Below, piece by piece: positions 18,548-27,846 of a DNA stretch of 64,000 nt. Each line of letters starts with the position of its first letter. Within the stretch, counting starts at the first letter, position 1. Under the pieces are notes generated by a model. It did no database searches. It was not told the DNA's origin and saw only the letters and a list, made by a program, of their open reading frames with translations. A program made the position numbers and the translations under genes. The stretch is from Thermoplasmata archaeon (GTDB lineage Archaea; Thermoplasmatota; Thermoplasmata; RBG-16-68-12), in the NCBI GenBank assembly GCA_035283985.1, contig DATESQ010000018.1, positions 344 through 64,343 on the forward strand, read 5' to 3'.

Positions 18548-19519
18548 ATGGCGGACCTCTTCGACCTGAAGATTAGGCCGATGCTCGCGACGGTCCAGCC
18601 GGAGCCATTTGATTCCGAAGACCACGTCTTCGAGCTGAAGTGGGACGGCACACGGGCCCTCGCGTTCCTCTCGCCGGACGGGAGGCTGAAGTTCCAGAAC
18701 CGGAGGCTGTACGACATTACGCACCGTTACCCCGACCTCGCAATCGACCTCCGCGGACGCAAGGCCATCCTCGACGGCGAGATTGTCATCATGGTCGACG
18801 GGAAGCCGAGCTTCATGGGCCTCCAGCACCGCGAGCACGCGTCGTCCGAGTTTACGATCCGACTCCGGGCGAAGGAGCTTCCCGCGACATACGTCGTCTT
18901 CGATGTCCTCTACCTCGACGGCAAGGACCTCACCTCGCTCCCCCTCATGGAACGGAAGGCGATCCTCCAAGACCTCGTCCATCCGACCGACCGTGTCGTC
19001 CTCTCCGACGTGATTGAGCGGGAGGGCCGCGCGTACTTCCGGGCCGTCCTCGAGCGCGGGCTCGAGGGAATTATCGCGAAGCGGAAGGCGAGCCGCTACG
19101 CGCTGGGACGCCGCACCCGGGACTGGCTAAAGATCAAGAAGCGGGAGACGATCGACGCGATCGTCTGTGGCCTCACGGAGGGGGAAGGCGTGCGGGAGGA
19201 CACGTTTGGATCCCTGATCCTCGGCGTGCACGACGGCGCGGCAATCCGATACATCGGGCGTGCGGGGACCGGATTCAGCGATGCGGTTCGACAGGAGATC
19301 TTCGGGATGGCCGTGCCCCTGCAGGACCAGCGCCCGTTCCCCGAGGAACCGAACATGACGGAGCCCGTGAAGATCTGGATGCGGCCCTCTCTCGTCGCGG
19401 AGGTCCACTACCTCGAGCTCACGAACGACGGCTTCCTCCGCGCGCCGTCGTTCCATCGGCTCCGACTCGACAAACGGCCCGAGGAGTGCGTCTTCCCACG
19501 GCATGCGTCAGACCTCTGA
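18548..19519 (+). CDS. ATP-dependent DNA ligase, LigD ligase-domain type (NHEJ ligase).
   Basis: 'MLATVQPEPF...ELKWDGTRALAF' contains the KxDG adenylation motif I, with OB domain following. 323 aa stand-alone ligase domain, 6 nt after ku. Confidence 0.8.
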   Translation: MADLFDLKIRPMLATVQPEPFDSEDHVFELKWDGTRALAFLSPDGRLKFQNRRLYDITHRYPDLAIDLRGRKAILDGEIVIMVDGKPSFMGLQHREHASSEFTIRLRAKELPATYVVFDVLYLDGKDLTSLPLMERKAILQDLVHPTDRVVLSDVIEREGRAYFRAVLERGLEGIIAKRKASRYALGRRTRDWLKIKKRETIDAIVCGLTEGEGVREDTFGSLILGVHDGAAIRYIGRAGTGFSDAVRQEIFGMAVPLQDQRPFPEEPNMTEPVKIWMRPSLVAEVHYLELTNDGFLRAPSFHRLRLDKRPEECVFPRHASDL

Positions 19520-19569
19520 CCGCCACCCGCGAATCCTTTATCTGGGGTCCTCGCCTTGCGAAGGCTTCT

Positions 19570-21699
19570 ATGGCAAAGGTCCTCGTCGCAATCGCCTGGC
19601 CCTACGCCTCAGGTCCTCGCCACATCGGCCATGCGGCGGCCACGTTCATCCCCGCGGACATCTTCGCGCGGTACCACCGCATGAAGGGCGACGACGTCCT
19701 CGTCGTCGGCGGGAGCGACATGCACGGCACGCCGATAACCGTTCAGGCGGATCGCGAGGGCGTCCCGCCGAGCGTGATCGCAGAGCGGTACCACGCCCTC
19801 CACGAGAAAAACATCGAGCAGCTCGGCGTGAAGTACGACCTCTACTGGAATACCGCGGACCCGAACCACAAGAAGTGGGTCCAGGAGATCTTCCTTCGAC
19901 TCAAGGAACGGGGTTACATCTACGAGGCGACGATGACCTCGCCGTACTGCCCGACGGACCAACGATTCCTCCCGGACCGGTATGTCGAGGGCACCTGCCC
20001 GCACTGCGGTTTCACCGCCGCGCGGGGGGACCAGTGCGAGAACTGCGGGAAACTTCTCGACCCCTTCGAGATGAAAGACCCGAAATGCCGCATCTGCGGG
20101 ACGACCCCGGTCCCACGGGAGACGAAGCACTTCTTCCTCAAGCTCATCGCGTTCCAGGAGAGGCTTGAGCGATGGCTTGCGACTGGTAAGGACCACTGGC
20201 GGACCCACGTCTTCACGTTCGCCCGGAGCTTCCTTGCGGAGGGCCTGAAGGATCGCCCCTTCACGCGCGACCTCGAGTGGGGCATCGAGGTCCCCGTCCC
20301 CGGGTACGAGACGAAGCGAATCTACGTCTGGTACGAGGCCGTGATGGGATATCTCACGGCGACGCGGGAGTGGGCGCGACGCCAGGGGCACGAAGAGGGA
20401 TGGCGGGACTGGTGGTACGACCCGGCGGCGCACCACTACTACTTCATCGGAAAGGACAACATCGTGTTCCACGCGATCATTTGGCCCGCGATGCTCTTGG
20501 CGCACGACGAGAAGCTCACCCTTCCCCACGACGTGCCCGCAACGCAATTCCTGAACATTAGCGGCGAGCGGATGTCCGCAGGCCGTGGACGCGGCGCGTG
20601 GCTGCCGGACATGCTCGAGCGGTTCTCTGCAGACCAGATTCGGTATTATGCGACGTCCACGATGCCGGAAACGAAAGACACGGAGTTCAGCTGGCAGGAC
20701 TTCGCGCAACGGAACAACGCGGAGCTCCTCGCGGTATACGGAAACTTCGTCCACCGCGCTCTCACGTTCGCAGCGAAGAACTTCGGCAGTACGGTCTCCG
20801 CCGCGGGCCTCCTCGACGGGGCGGACAAGACGATGATCCGAAACATCGAGGAGCAGTGGCGGAAGGTCGGCCAGAACCTCGAGTTCCTCCACCTTCGCGA
20901 CGCGCTCCGGGAGGCGATCCAGCTCGCGCGTTTCGGGAACCAGTACTTCGACCAGAAGGCCCCGTGGGATCTGATCCGACGGGACCGGGTCGCATGCGGC
21001 ACGGCGATTCACGTCGCCCTTCGCGTAAGCCGCGCCCTCGCACTCCTCATGGCGCCCTTCACGCCGTTCAGCTCGCAGTCCCTGTGGCACGCGCTCGGAT
21101 ACGAAGATGACGTCCACGCGCAGTCTTGGGACTCCGTGGTCGACGACATTCCGGCGGACCAGTCGCTGCGCGTGGGGAAGCCCCTCTTCGAGAAGATCGA
21201 GCTCGAGGCCGCGTCCGAGGACGAGCGGTTCGACGTGCGCGTCGGGCAGATCACCGATGTCCAGGACCATCCGAACGCGGACAAGCTCTACGTGATCCAG
21301 GTGAACCTCGGGGATGAGACCCGGACCCTCGTGGCGGGAATGAAGGCGAACTATGCAAAGGAGCAGATGAAGGGGAAGCGCGTCGCCGTGCTGTGCAATC
21401 TGGAGCCCGCGAAGTTGCGGGGCGTCCAATCCAATGGAATGGTCCTCGCGGCGGAGGACGAGCACGATGTCGGCCTCCTCATTTCCCCCGAGGACGCGCC
21501 CCTCGGCGCGCAGGTCCTCGGAGTGCGAGGTGCCCCGCGGCTCACGTTCTCGGAATTCCAGCGGCACAAGATCCGGGTCGCGGAGGGCGGGACCGTGACC
21601 TTCCATGGGGCGGAAGGCACAGGGGTCGTGCCGCTCCGGGTCGGTGACGCGCCCGTCCGCGTCGACAAACCCTTCCCGCCGGGGACGCCGGTCCGCTGA
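19570..21699 (+). CDS. metG: Methionyl-tRNA synthetase with C-terminal EMAP/Trbp111-like tRNA-binding domain.
   Basis: 'AWPYASGPRHIGHAAATFIPADIFARYHRMKG' (HIGH region) and zinc knuckle CPHCGF...CENCG. ATG at 19570 verified. Confidence 0.9.
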   Translation: MAKVLVAIAWPYASGPRHIGHAAATFIPADIFARYHRMKGDDVLVVGGSDMHGTPITVQADREGVPPSVIAERYHALHEKNIEQLGVKYDLYWNTADPNHKKWVQEIFLRLKERGYIYEATMTSPYCPTDQRFLPDRYVEGTCPHCGFTAARGDQCENCGKLLDPFEMKDPKCRICGTTPVPRETKHFFLKLIAFQERLERWLATGKDHWRTHVFTFARSFLAEGLKDRPFTRDLEWGIEVPVPGYETKRIYVWYEAVMGYLTATREWARRQGHEEGWRDWWYDPAAHHYYFIGKDNIVFHAIIWPAMLLAHDEKLTLPHDVPATQFLNISGERMSAGRGRGAWLPDMLERFSADQIRYYATSTMPETKDTEFSWQDFAQRNNAELLAVYGNFVHRALTFAAKNFGSTVSAAGLLDGADKTMIRNIEEQWRKVGQNLEFLHLRDALREAIQLARFGNQYFDQKAPWDLIRRDRVACGTAIHVALRVSRALALLMAPFTPFSSQSLWHALGYEDDVHAQSWDSVVDDIPADQSLRVGKPLFEKIELEAASEDERFDVRVGQITDVQDHPNADKLYVIQVNLGDETRTLVAGMKANYAKEQMKGKRVAVLCNLEPAKLRGVQSNGMVLAAEDEHDVGLLISPEDAPLGAQVLGVRGAPRLTFSEFQRHKIRVAEGGTVTFHGAEGTGVVPLRVGDAPVRVDKPFPPGTPVR

Positions 21700-22206
21700 T
21701 GGAGCGTTCCATCAACTCGACAGGACGACCGCGATCTGCTCCGTGACACGACCGATATGCAAGAGAATGAGCCCGAGGTTCGCATCCGGCCAGAGCAGGA
21801 CGGTGAGGACGAAGTCCTCCCCGACTTTTCGCGTGGCAAAGTCCCCCTCGACGGTCGTCGCAATCGTGTGGCCCGCCTCCCGCGGCCCATCTCATCTGCC
21901 GTGATGTCCGCAGTTCCGGCGAGGCCAGCGGAGAGCGCTGCAATCTTCGCGGAATCGAGGGTCCGAGGCAAAGCCCCGAGATGAAAATGCGATCCCGCCG
22001 GGCGAGAGCGACGAGCGACGGCCTCGACGCCCGGAAGGCGCTTCAGGCCGAGAGGACACCCTGAACGCGCGCATCGCCTCCGTGTTGTCGACGGCGGGGA
22101 GCACTCCCGCCATCGGTCCGACGACGGGGAGGCCTCCGGATGTGCCTTGTGGCGAGGGCATCGGAATCGAAAACCTTTTGACCGTTCGCGCGGAGCGGGT
22201 TGGGCC

Positions 22207-22875
22207 GTGATCCTGGACCTCCACAATCACACCCGCTACTCGCCCGACTCGAAGGTCGACCCCGTCGTGCTCGTGAAGCAGGCGCGAAGCCTGGGGCTGG
22301 CGGGAATCGGAATCACGGACCACAACGCCGTCGCCGGGGCGCGGGTGGCAGCGGAAGCTGCGAAGTCCTTCTCCGACTTCGTCGTGGTTCCCGGGGCGGA
22401 GGTTTCCACATCGGGCGGCCACGTCCTCGCGTACGGAGTCACGGAGGCAATCCCCCGCAATCTCACGCCCGTGGAGACAATTGAGCGAATCGTGGCGGCG
22501 GGCGGTGTTCCGGTCGCGGCGCATCCCTACAGGTTCTGGTCTGGCCTCGGGGAGGCGGCGACCCTCTCATCGAAGTTTGTCGCGTACGAGGTCGCCAACG
22601 CGCGCACGCTTCGAGTCGGGAACGAAAAGGCAGTCGTCCTCGCTGGCCGGACGAAGGTCGGCCGCACGGGCGGCAGCGACTCCCATTTCCTCCGGGAACT
22701 CGGACGTGGCGTGACGTCACTGGACCGCGGAGCGACGACGGTCGATGACATCCTGCAGGCGATCGCGTCCGGACGCACAGCGGGGATTGGTCTCCATCGG
22801 GGCCCGTGGGACTCAATCGTTTACGTCACAAAAGCCGTCGGCGAATGGCTGCTCCGAGGGATGCACCGGATCTAG
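22207..22875 (+). CDS. PHP-domain metal-dependent phosphoesterase.
   Basis: 'ILDLHNHTRYSPDS...GIGITDHN' are PHP motifs. Start probably GTG at 22207 (the listed ATG at 22147 adds a basic junk leader). Confidence 0.65.
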   Translation: MILDLHNHTRYSPDSKVDPVVLVKQARSLGLAGIGITDHNAVAGARVAAEAAKSFSDFVVVPGAEVSTSGGHVLAYGVTEAIPRNLTPVETIERIVAAGGVPVAAHPYRFWSGLGEAATLSSKFVAYEVANARTLRVGNEKAVVLAGRTKVGRTGGSDSHFLRELGRGVTSLDRGATTVDDILQAIASGRTAGIGLHRGPWDSIVYVTKAVGEWLLRGMHRI

Positions 22876-23231
22876 AGGTACTCTTCGATTTTTCGGGAGT
22901 ACCGCTCGAGTTGCGCCTTGATCATCGAAACGTCCGCGTCGCGGCGCGAACGCAGGACGAAAATCGCCTTCGGCCCGTCGTTGACGATCACGATCTTGCT
23001 CGACTCCATGTTCACGACGACGGTGTCGAGCCTCTCCTTCAGCTCCGACGTCGCGGTCTCCGCGGCGCCGACGAGAATCGCGAACATCGCGACGAACGTG
23101 TCCGGGAAAGCGCCTTCCGGGATCGTGCCTGCGAGGTACTGCCCGCTCCGGCTCACGAGGACCGCATCGTGCACGCCCTCGACAAGCTCAATCTCCTTAA
23201 GAATCGATTCGAGGGCGGCCTGGTCGGCCAT
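22872..23231 (-). CDS. Roadblock/LC7 (MglB-like) domain protein.
   Basis: About 119 aa from verified ATG 23231 (MADQAALESILKEIELVEGVHDAVLVSRSGQYLAG...), typical Roadblock pattern. Confidence 0.65.
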   Translation of the reverse strand: MADQAALESILKEIELVEGVHDAVLVSRSGQYLAGTIPEGAFPDTFVAMFAILVGAAETATSELKERLDTVVVNMESSKIVIVNDGPKAIFVLRSRRDADVSMIKAQLERYSRKIEEYL

Positions 23232-23327
23232 CGTTACGGGGTCTCCGGGGGGAAATCGTTCCCGATTTTTCGGCCCATCCCGAGGAGCCGGCATAAAGGT
23301 TGCCATCTGAGAATCCCTGCGGAGAAA

Positions 23328-23747
23328 TCACGGGGTGCGAAATTCGCGAAGGGCGCGGGCCATCGTCACCGCGGCGTCGACCGCACGTTCCGCGTTCGCA
23401 ATCCGGCGCAGGGCAACCTTGTAGCTCATCCCGGGTCCCGTGATTCCGAGTCCAATCGGCTTTCCCGTCGCCGTCTGGAGGTCGAGGAGCTTCGTCGCGA
23501 CCGCGCGCGCGATGAGCTCGTCGTGCTCCGTCTGCCCCTTAATCACGGCGCCGATCGCGACGCCAGCGTCGATGTCCTCCCGCAGAAGGAGGCGGTGGAG
23601 CGCGAGCGGGATCTCAAACGTCCCCGGGACGCGGACCACCTCGGCCTTCACGCCGAGCGCCTTCGCCCGCTTCAACGCGCGCTGGACCATCTTGTCGGTG
23701 ACCTCGGCGTTGAACGACGCCGCAACGATCGCGAGCCGCACGGTCAT
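23328..23747 (-). CDS. ribH: 6,7-dimethyl-8-ribityllumazine synthase.
   Basis: 139-aa C-terminal portion of a 498-codon ORF: MTVRLAIVAASFNAEVTDKMVQRALKRAKALG... The ATG at 23747 was verified; the upstream 359 codons are Arg-rich antisense junk. Confidence 0.8.
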   Translation of the reverse strand: MTVRLAIVAASFNAEVTDKMVQRALKRAKALGVKAEVVRVPGTFEIPLALHRLLLREDIDAGVAIGAVIKGQTEHDELIARAVATKLLDLQTATGKPIGLGITGPGMSYKVALRRIANAERAVDAAVTMARALREFRTP

Positions 23748-24214
23748 TTCACCCGGAGCGGGCCGGCGTCCGCGAAGCCCTCCCGCTGTCCCGTCCCCGC
23801 CAACTTCCGGAGCTCTTCGGGTCGGAACAGGAGGTCGTAGCAGTTGCTTGCGTGCTCCCGCGTGCGCCGATCGAAGAGCCACGCGAGCTCGGCCTCGTCC
23901 TTGGCCTCCTCCTCGTGGACCATAACGCCGAGGATGTGTTTCCCCGTGAGCGCCTGGACCATCTGGAGGCCGAAGTCTGCGGCGAGGGCGCAGTCCTTGT
24001 CGACGGGCTGCCGGCCGATCATCCCGAGCGCCATCGCGATATCGCACTTCTGCTCGTCGAACAGGATCCGGCACGCGGCGGAGAGATCCTTGACCCCGGG
24101 CACGGTGTACCGGACGATCGTGAACCCCCCGCCCTTCTTCTTCAGCTCGTCCGCGGCCGCCGAGGCCATGTCGTACCGCGCGAAGGACGTATCCGCGATC
24201 CCGATCCGCTTCAT
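23744..24214 (-). CDS. ribC: Archaeal-type riboflavin synthase.
   Basis: 'MKRIGIADTSFARYDMA...' is about 156 aa, matching the archaeal riboflavin synthase family (MJ1184-like). 4-nt overlap with ribH. Confidence 0.7.
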   Translation of the reverse strand: MKRIGIADTSFARYDMASAAADELKKKGGGFTIVRYTVPGVKDLSAACRILFDEQKCDIAMALGMIGRQPVDKDCALAADFGLQMVQALTGKHILGVMVHEEEAKDEAELAWLFDRRTREHASNCYDLLFRPEELRKLAGTGQREGFADAGPLRVK

Positions 24215-24229
24215 GTCCGTTCCTCTCCA

Positions 24230-24718
24230 CTAGGTCCGGACCGGCGGCTCTTTCGGGGAGCCCTCCACGGCCTGGAGCTTCTCTTGGAGAGCGAGCCAGT
24301 CCGCGACTCGGCGGACGATCTTCCGGGTGCCGTCGAGGTCCCCCTCGAACTTCGAGAGTCGGACGACGCGCGTGTCCCGGAGACCCCGCTTCCGGCACTC
24401 CTCGAGGACCTTCTCCTCGGTGTGGACTTGGTCGTACCCGAGGACGATCACGTTCGGTCGAAGGTCGGCCAGGATCTCGTAGATGTTCCCCTCGTTCCCG
24501 AGGACCGCGCGGTCGACGGGCTTCAGAGCGCGGACCATCTCGAGGCGGCTCGACTCCGGAGTGATCGGCGGGTGCTTCAACCGCTTCGCGGTGGAATCCC
24601 GTGCGACGACGACGACAAGCTCGTCGCCCAGCTTCTTCGCCTCGTTGAGGAAGGCGATGTGGCCGGGATGGAGAAGATCGAACACCCCCGTCGCCATTAC
24701 TCGGACCATGCGCGCCAC
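24230..24718 (-). CDS. ribL: Archaeal FAD synthetase (cytidylyltransferase-like).
   Basis: 'VMATGVFDLLHPGHIAFLNEAKKLGDELVVVVARDS' is the nucleotidyltransferase HxGH motif typical of RibL. Confidence 0.75.
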   Translation of the reverse strand: MARMVRVMATGVFDLLHPGHIAFLNEAKKLGDELVVVVARDSTAKRLKHPPITPESSRLEMVRALKPVDRAVLGNEGNIYEILADLRPNVIVLGYDQVHTEEKVLEECRKRGLRDTRVVRLSKFEGDLDGTRKIVRRVADWLALQEKLQAVEGSPKEPPVRT

Positions 24719-25446
24719 GCTTCGACGATTTCCTGTCCTTCGAGGAAGACGAGATTTCGCCTCTGTGCATATTCCTTTGCGTCTTCCTTTGACAGGGCGC
24801 GGCCGTCGTCCCCGAGCATTTCACAGATCGTCGCCGAGGGAATCAGGCCCGCCATCGTCACGAGGCCCGTCGTGAGTTCCGTATGGCCTCGACGGTGCGC
24901 GAGTAGTCCGTCCGCTGCGTTCAGGATCGGGACGTGGCCGGGGGACCGGAACTGGCGGCCCATCGCCTCGGGCGCCCAGCCGTTCTCCCGTCGGCTCGCC
25001 TCCCCCACCAACTGGGCGAACCGCGAGATTGTGAGCGCGCGGTCCCGGTCCGTGATGCCCGTGTAAGTGTCGCGGTGGTTCACAGTAATCGAGAACGGCG
25101 ACGTCTTGTCATATGGGATGTCGTCCCCCACCGTGCCCTTGAGAATCGGATAGTTCTCGCCCGCATCGCGGAACACGTCCGCCACGAACGGCAATCCGAT
25201 CCGCCGGCGGGCGACTTCCGGGACCGTCGTGCAGATGAGGCCGCCAGCCTCCTTCCGAAGGGCCCGTACGACTTCGAAGGTGACGAACTCGGAGGCGACG
25301 GCCATGTCCGTTTCCTCCTCGCGTCCGTCCGCGTCGTAGACAAGGACGATGCTGCCGTTCCGAAGGGCTAGAAGGGCGCCTTCAAGGCTCGCCTTCACGA
25401 GTCCGACGAAGTGGGGTGCACATATTAACTTTCTTGTAATTACCAT
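24697..25446 (-). CDS. ribB: 3,4-dihydroxy-2-butanone 4-phosphate synthase.
   Basis: 'ALRNGSIVLVYDADGREEETDMAVASEFV...' matches DHBP synthase core motifs. Confidence 0.8.
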   Translation of the reverse strand: MVITRKLICAPHFVGLVKASLEGALLALRNGSIVLVYDADGREEETDMAVASEFVTFEVVRALRKEAGGLICTTVPEVARRRIGLPFVADVFRDAGENYPILKGTVGDDIPYDKTSPFSITVNHRDTYTGITDRDRALTISRFAQLVGEASRRENGWAPEAMGRQFRSPGHVPILNAADGLLAHRRGHTELTTGLVTMAGLIPSATICEMLGDDGRALSKEDAKEYAQRRNLVFLEGQEIVEAWRAWSE

Positions 25447-25519
25447 AATTCCGGTTTACTTTCCTCGTGAGGAGCGAGGCGCGAACCCTTATGGAGCGCA
25501 CGGTCGTTCGCGCGTTGAC

Positions 25520-26548
25520 ATGCTCGAGCCCGTGGCGTGCCGGCGGGTCGACCGCTCCGGGATGCTCGGGATCGTCCAGTCGCTCCCACAGCAACTCCTC
25601 GACGGATACCGGGCGGCGGAGGCGGTGCAGATCGAGGCCCCGGCCCGCCTGTTCATCGCGGGGATGGGCGGATCCGCGATTGCGGGAGACCTCTTCGTCT
25701 CCTGGGCCGCAGACCGGTCGAAGGTCGCCATGGAGGTCGTGCGGGGCTACGTCCTTCCCCCGCACGCGGCGGCGCAGGACCTCCTCGTCGCGGTGAGCTA
25801 CTCCGGCGACACGGAGGAGACCCTGGCCGCGGTTCGCGAGGGCGCGAAGAGGAAGTGCCGGATCGTCGCGATCACCTCGGGCGGGAAGCTCGCGGACTGG
25901 GCCCAGCGCCATGGCGCGATGGTCGTCCGCGTCCCGCCGAAATTCCCGCCACGGGGCGCATTCGGATATCTGTTCTCCGCGCTTCCCGCGGTCATGGAGG
26001 ACTGGGTCTACGGGGACCTCGGAACCGAGCTCGAGCGCGCGGCCTCCCACCTGTCGCGACTCGCGCAGGAGTATCGGGTCGCGACGCCGTCAAGGTCGAA
26101 CCCCGCGAAGTCCCTCGCCCTGCGGCTCCGCGATCGTACGCCGATCGTGTACGGCGCGCCGCCATACGGGCCCGTCGCGCGCCGCTGGAAGACGCAGTTC
26201 AACGAGAACGCGGAAGTCCTCGCGTGGGCTTCCGAGTTCCCGGAGGCGGACCACAACGAGATCGTCGGCTGGAGCGGGGACCCGAACGCGAAGCGATTCC
26301 TCCCGATTCTTTTCCGCGACAAGGAGGAGACGACAGAGATCCGGCGCCGCCTCGATGCGACCCGCGGGATCATGGAACGCTGGACGGAGCTCCATGAAGT
26401 CCGAGACCGCGGCGAGACGCTTCTCTCCCGGATGCTCGGCACCCTGTACCTCGGCGACTTCGTGAGCGTGTACCTCGCGGTCCTCCGTGGCATCGACCCG
26501 ATGCCTGTCAAGGCGATTGATGAGCTCAAGAAACAGCTCGCCGCGTGA
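25520..26548 (+). CDS. pgi: Bifunctional phosphoglucose/phosphomannose isomerase (archaeal SIS-domain PGI/PMI).
   Basis: Two SIS-like halves (LFIAGMGGSAIAGDL... and ...PIVYGAPPYGPVARRWKTQFNENAE). ATG 25520 verified (alternative at 25562). AT-rich divergent promoter with ribB. Confidence 0.7.
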   Translation: MLEPVACRRVDRSGMLGIVQSLPQQLLDGYRAAEAVQIEAPARLFIAGMGGSAIAGDLFVSWAADRSKVAMEVVRGYVLPPHAAAQDLLVAVSYSGDTEETLAAVREGAKRKCRIVAITSGGKLADWAQRHGAMVVRVPPKFPPRGAFGYLFSALPAVMEDWVYGDLGTELERAASHLSRLAQEYRVATPSRSNPAKSLALRLRDRTPIVYGAPPYGPVARRWKTQFNENAEVLAWASEFPEADHNEIVGWSGDPNAKRFLPILFRDKEETTEIRRRLDATRGIMERWTELHEVRDRGETLLSRMLGTLYLGDFVSVYLAVLRGIDPMPVKAIDELKKQLAA

Positions 26549-26586
26549 GCCGCGAGGGAGACGCCGAGGGGGAGATTTTCAGGCAC

Positions 26587-26678
26587 CGCCAAGGATTCGA
26601 ACGGGCCTTTTGAACTCCCGGGGCCTTTCGACCACCAGCTTTCCAGACTGGCGCCCTACCGGACTAGGCGACCTCGGC
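26587..26678 (-). tRNA. Probable class II tRNA-Ser (anticodon GGA) with an atypical or possibly intron-containing T-arm region.
   Basis: Minus-strand read: acceptor GCCGAGG / CCTTGGC (one G-U); U8; D-arm GCCT-AGTCCGGTA-GGGC; anticodon arm CCAGT-CTGGAAA-GCTGG (U33, GGA, A37); long variable region. A TTCGAAT T-loop is present but I could not fold flanking 5-bp T-stems canonically. Confidence 0.5.
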
Positions 26679-26705
26679 GCGGGCTTCGCATTCGAGGGAC
26701 GTTAT

Positions 26706-27842
26706 TTAAGGGCTCGCCCCTGGACCCTTGCGGGCGCGCGCAACACGCCGCCACGCCGCGGGATGGCTCATCGCGAGGACCTCAAAGAGCCGAGGCGGAC
26801 GCGCGAGGGACAGGTTCGCGTCGTGCAGCTTCGCCATCGCACTCGCGAATGCGTCCCGCTTGCCGGTGAGTTCGAGGGCGAACCGATCCGCGCGGTCCTC
26901 CCTCCATCGGGAAAACGCGTGTTCGAGCGGACCAATCGCGGAGGAAATGATCGCGGTGATGAGCATGATGACGGGGAGCCCCGCGAGGTCGGAGATTCCC
27001 TCGAGGTTCAACGGTCCGACAACCTCCGGTAGTGCGGACCGGAGGATTCCGAGCGTGACGAACGACGTTGCGGCGAGCCCACCGAGGCCGACTATCGGAT
27101 CTCGGTGCTTCTGATGGGCGAGCTCGTGCGCGAGGATTGATTCAACCTCGTCGGGCGTTTGGTCCTGAAGGAGCGTGTCTGTGACGATGACGCGACGCGT
27201 GCGTCCCATTCCGGCGAGGGCTGCGTTCGAGCGCCTTGTTTTCTCCGAGGCCCGCAGGACGAAGACCCCGAGGACGGGGATCCCCGCTCGGGACGCGAGA
27301 GCGCGGAAACGCTCCTCGAGATTCGCATCCGCGAGCCGGTCGAGCCGGAAGAACAGGCGCACGAGGATGACCGGGGCGACGATGGACCCGAGGAACGCAA
27401 CCGCGATCCCGAGAAGCCAGGCAAGGATCCACCACTCCGACGGGAATTCACGGAGGAGGAAGTACAGGATCTCCACCGCGACGAGCGAGAACGCGTATCC
27501 GAGGAGAACGGACTTGAGCAGATCGCGGACCCACCCGGGCCATCCTTGGCGGGACAGTCCGTAGCGGCGCTCGAGGACGTGGCTGTACGCGGAGAACGGA
27601 GCACTGAGGGCCGCGAGCGCAAGATAGAGGGTCGAGAAATACTCCAGCGTCGCGACCCAGGCCGCGCCAGGGCGGGTCGCCTCCCGGAGCGCGTGGGACC
27701 CGCCAAGCGCGATGAAGAGCCCGACGGCCGCACCGAACACCCCGATTCGGAGGACGCTCACCCGCACCCGGGTTCCGAAGAGTTCACGCGCGAGGCGTTG
27801 GCTTTCGATGGAGAAGCCGAGGGGGTCCGCGATCTCCGGCAC
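26706..27842 (-). CDS. M48-family zinc metalloprotease (HtpX/Ste24-like), multi-pass membrane.
   Basis: 'HELAHQKHRD' is an HExxH motif; multiple TM helices. Confidence 0.75.
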   Translation of the reverse strand: MPEIADPLGFSIESQRLARELFGTRVRVSVLRIGVFGAAVGLFIALGGSHALREATRPGAAWVATLEYFSTLYLALAALSAPFSAYSHVLERRYGLSRQGWPGWVRDLLKSVLLGYAFSLVAVEILYFLLREFPSEWWILAWLLGIAVAFLGSIVAPVILVRLFFRLDRLADANLEERFRALASRAGIPVLGVFVLRASEKTRRSNAALAGMGRTRRVIVTDTLLQDQTPDEVESILAHELAHQKHRDPIVGLGGLAATSFVTLGILRSALPEVVGPLNLEGISDLAGLPVIMLITAIISSAIGPLEHAFSRWREDRADRFALELTGKRDAFASAMAKLHDANLSLARPPRLFEVLAMSHPAAWRRVARARKGPGASP

Positions 27843-27846
27843 GAGG

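Noticed and set aside
19609-21606. 665-aa minus-strand ORF
   Set aside because: Entirely antisense to metG; low-complexity Arg/Leu/Val/Glu-rich translation; no motifs.
21351-22524. Minus-strand ORFs (291 aa and 210 aa) in the metG-PHP gap
   Set aside because: Arg/Ser/Pro-rich and mutually overlapping, with no motifs; treated as non-coding or pseudogene space (see finding).
23748-24824. Upstream 359 codons of the 498-codon ORF ending in ribH
   Set aside because: Arg/Pro/Gly-rich, overlaps ribC and ribL coding on the same strand in another frame; only the last 139 codons (ribH) are real.
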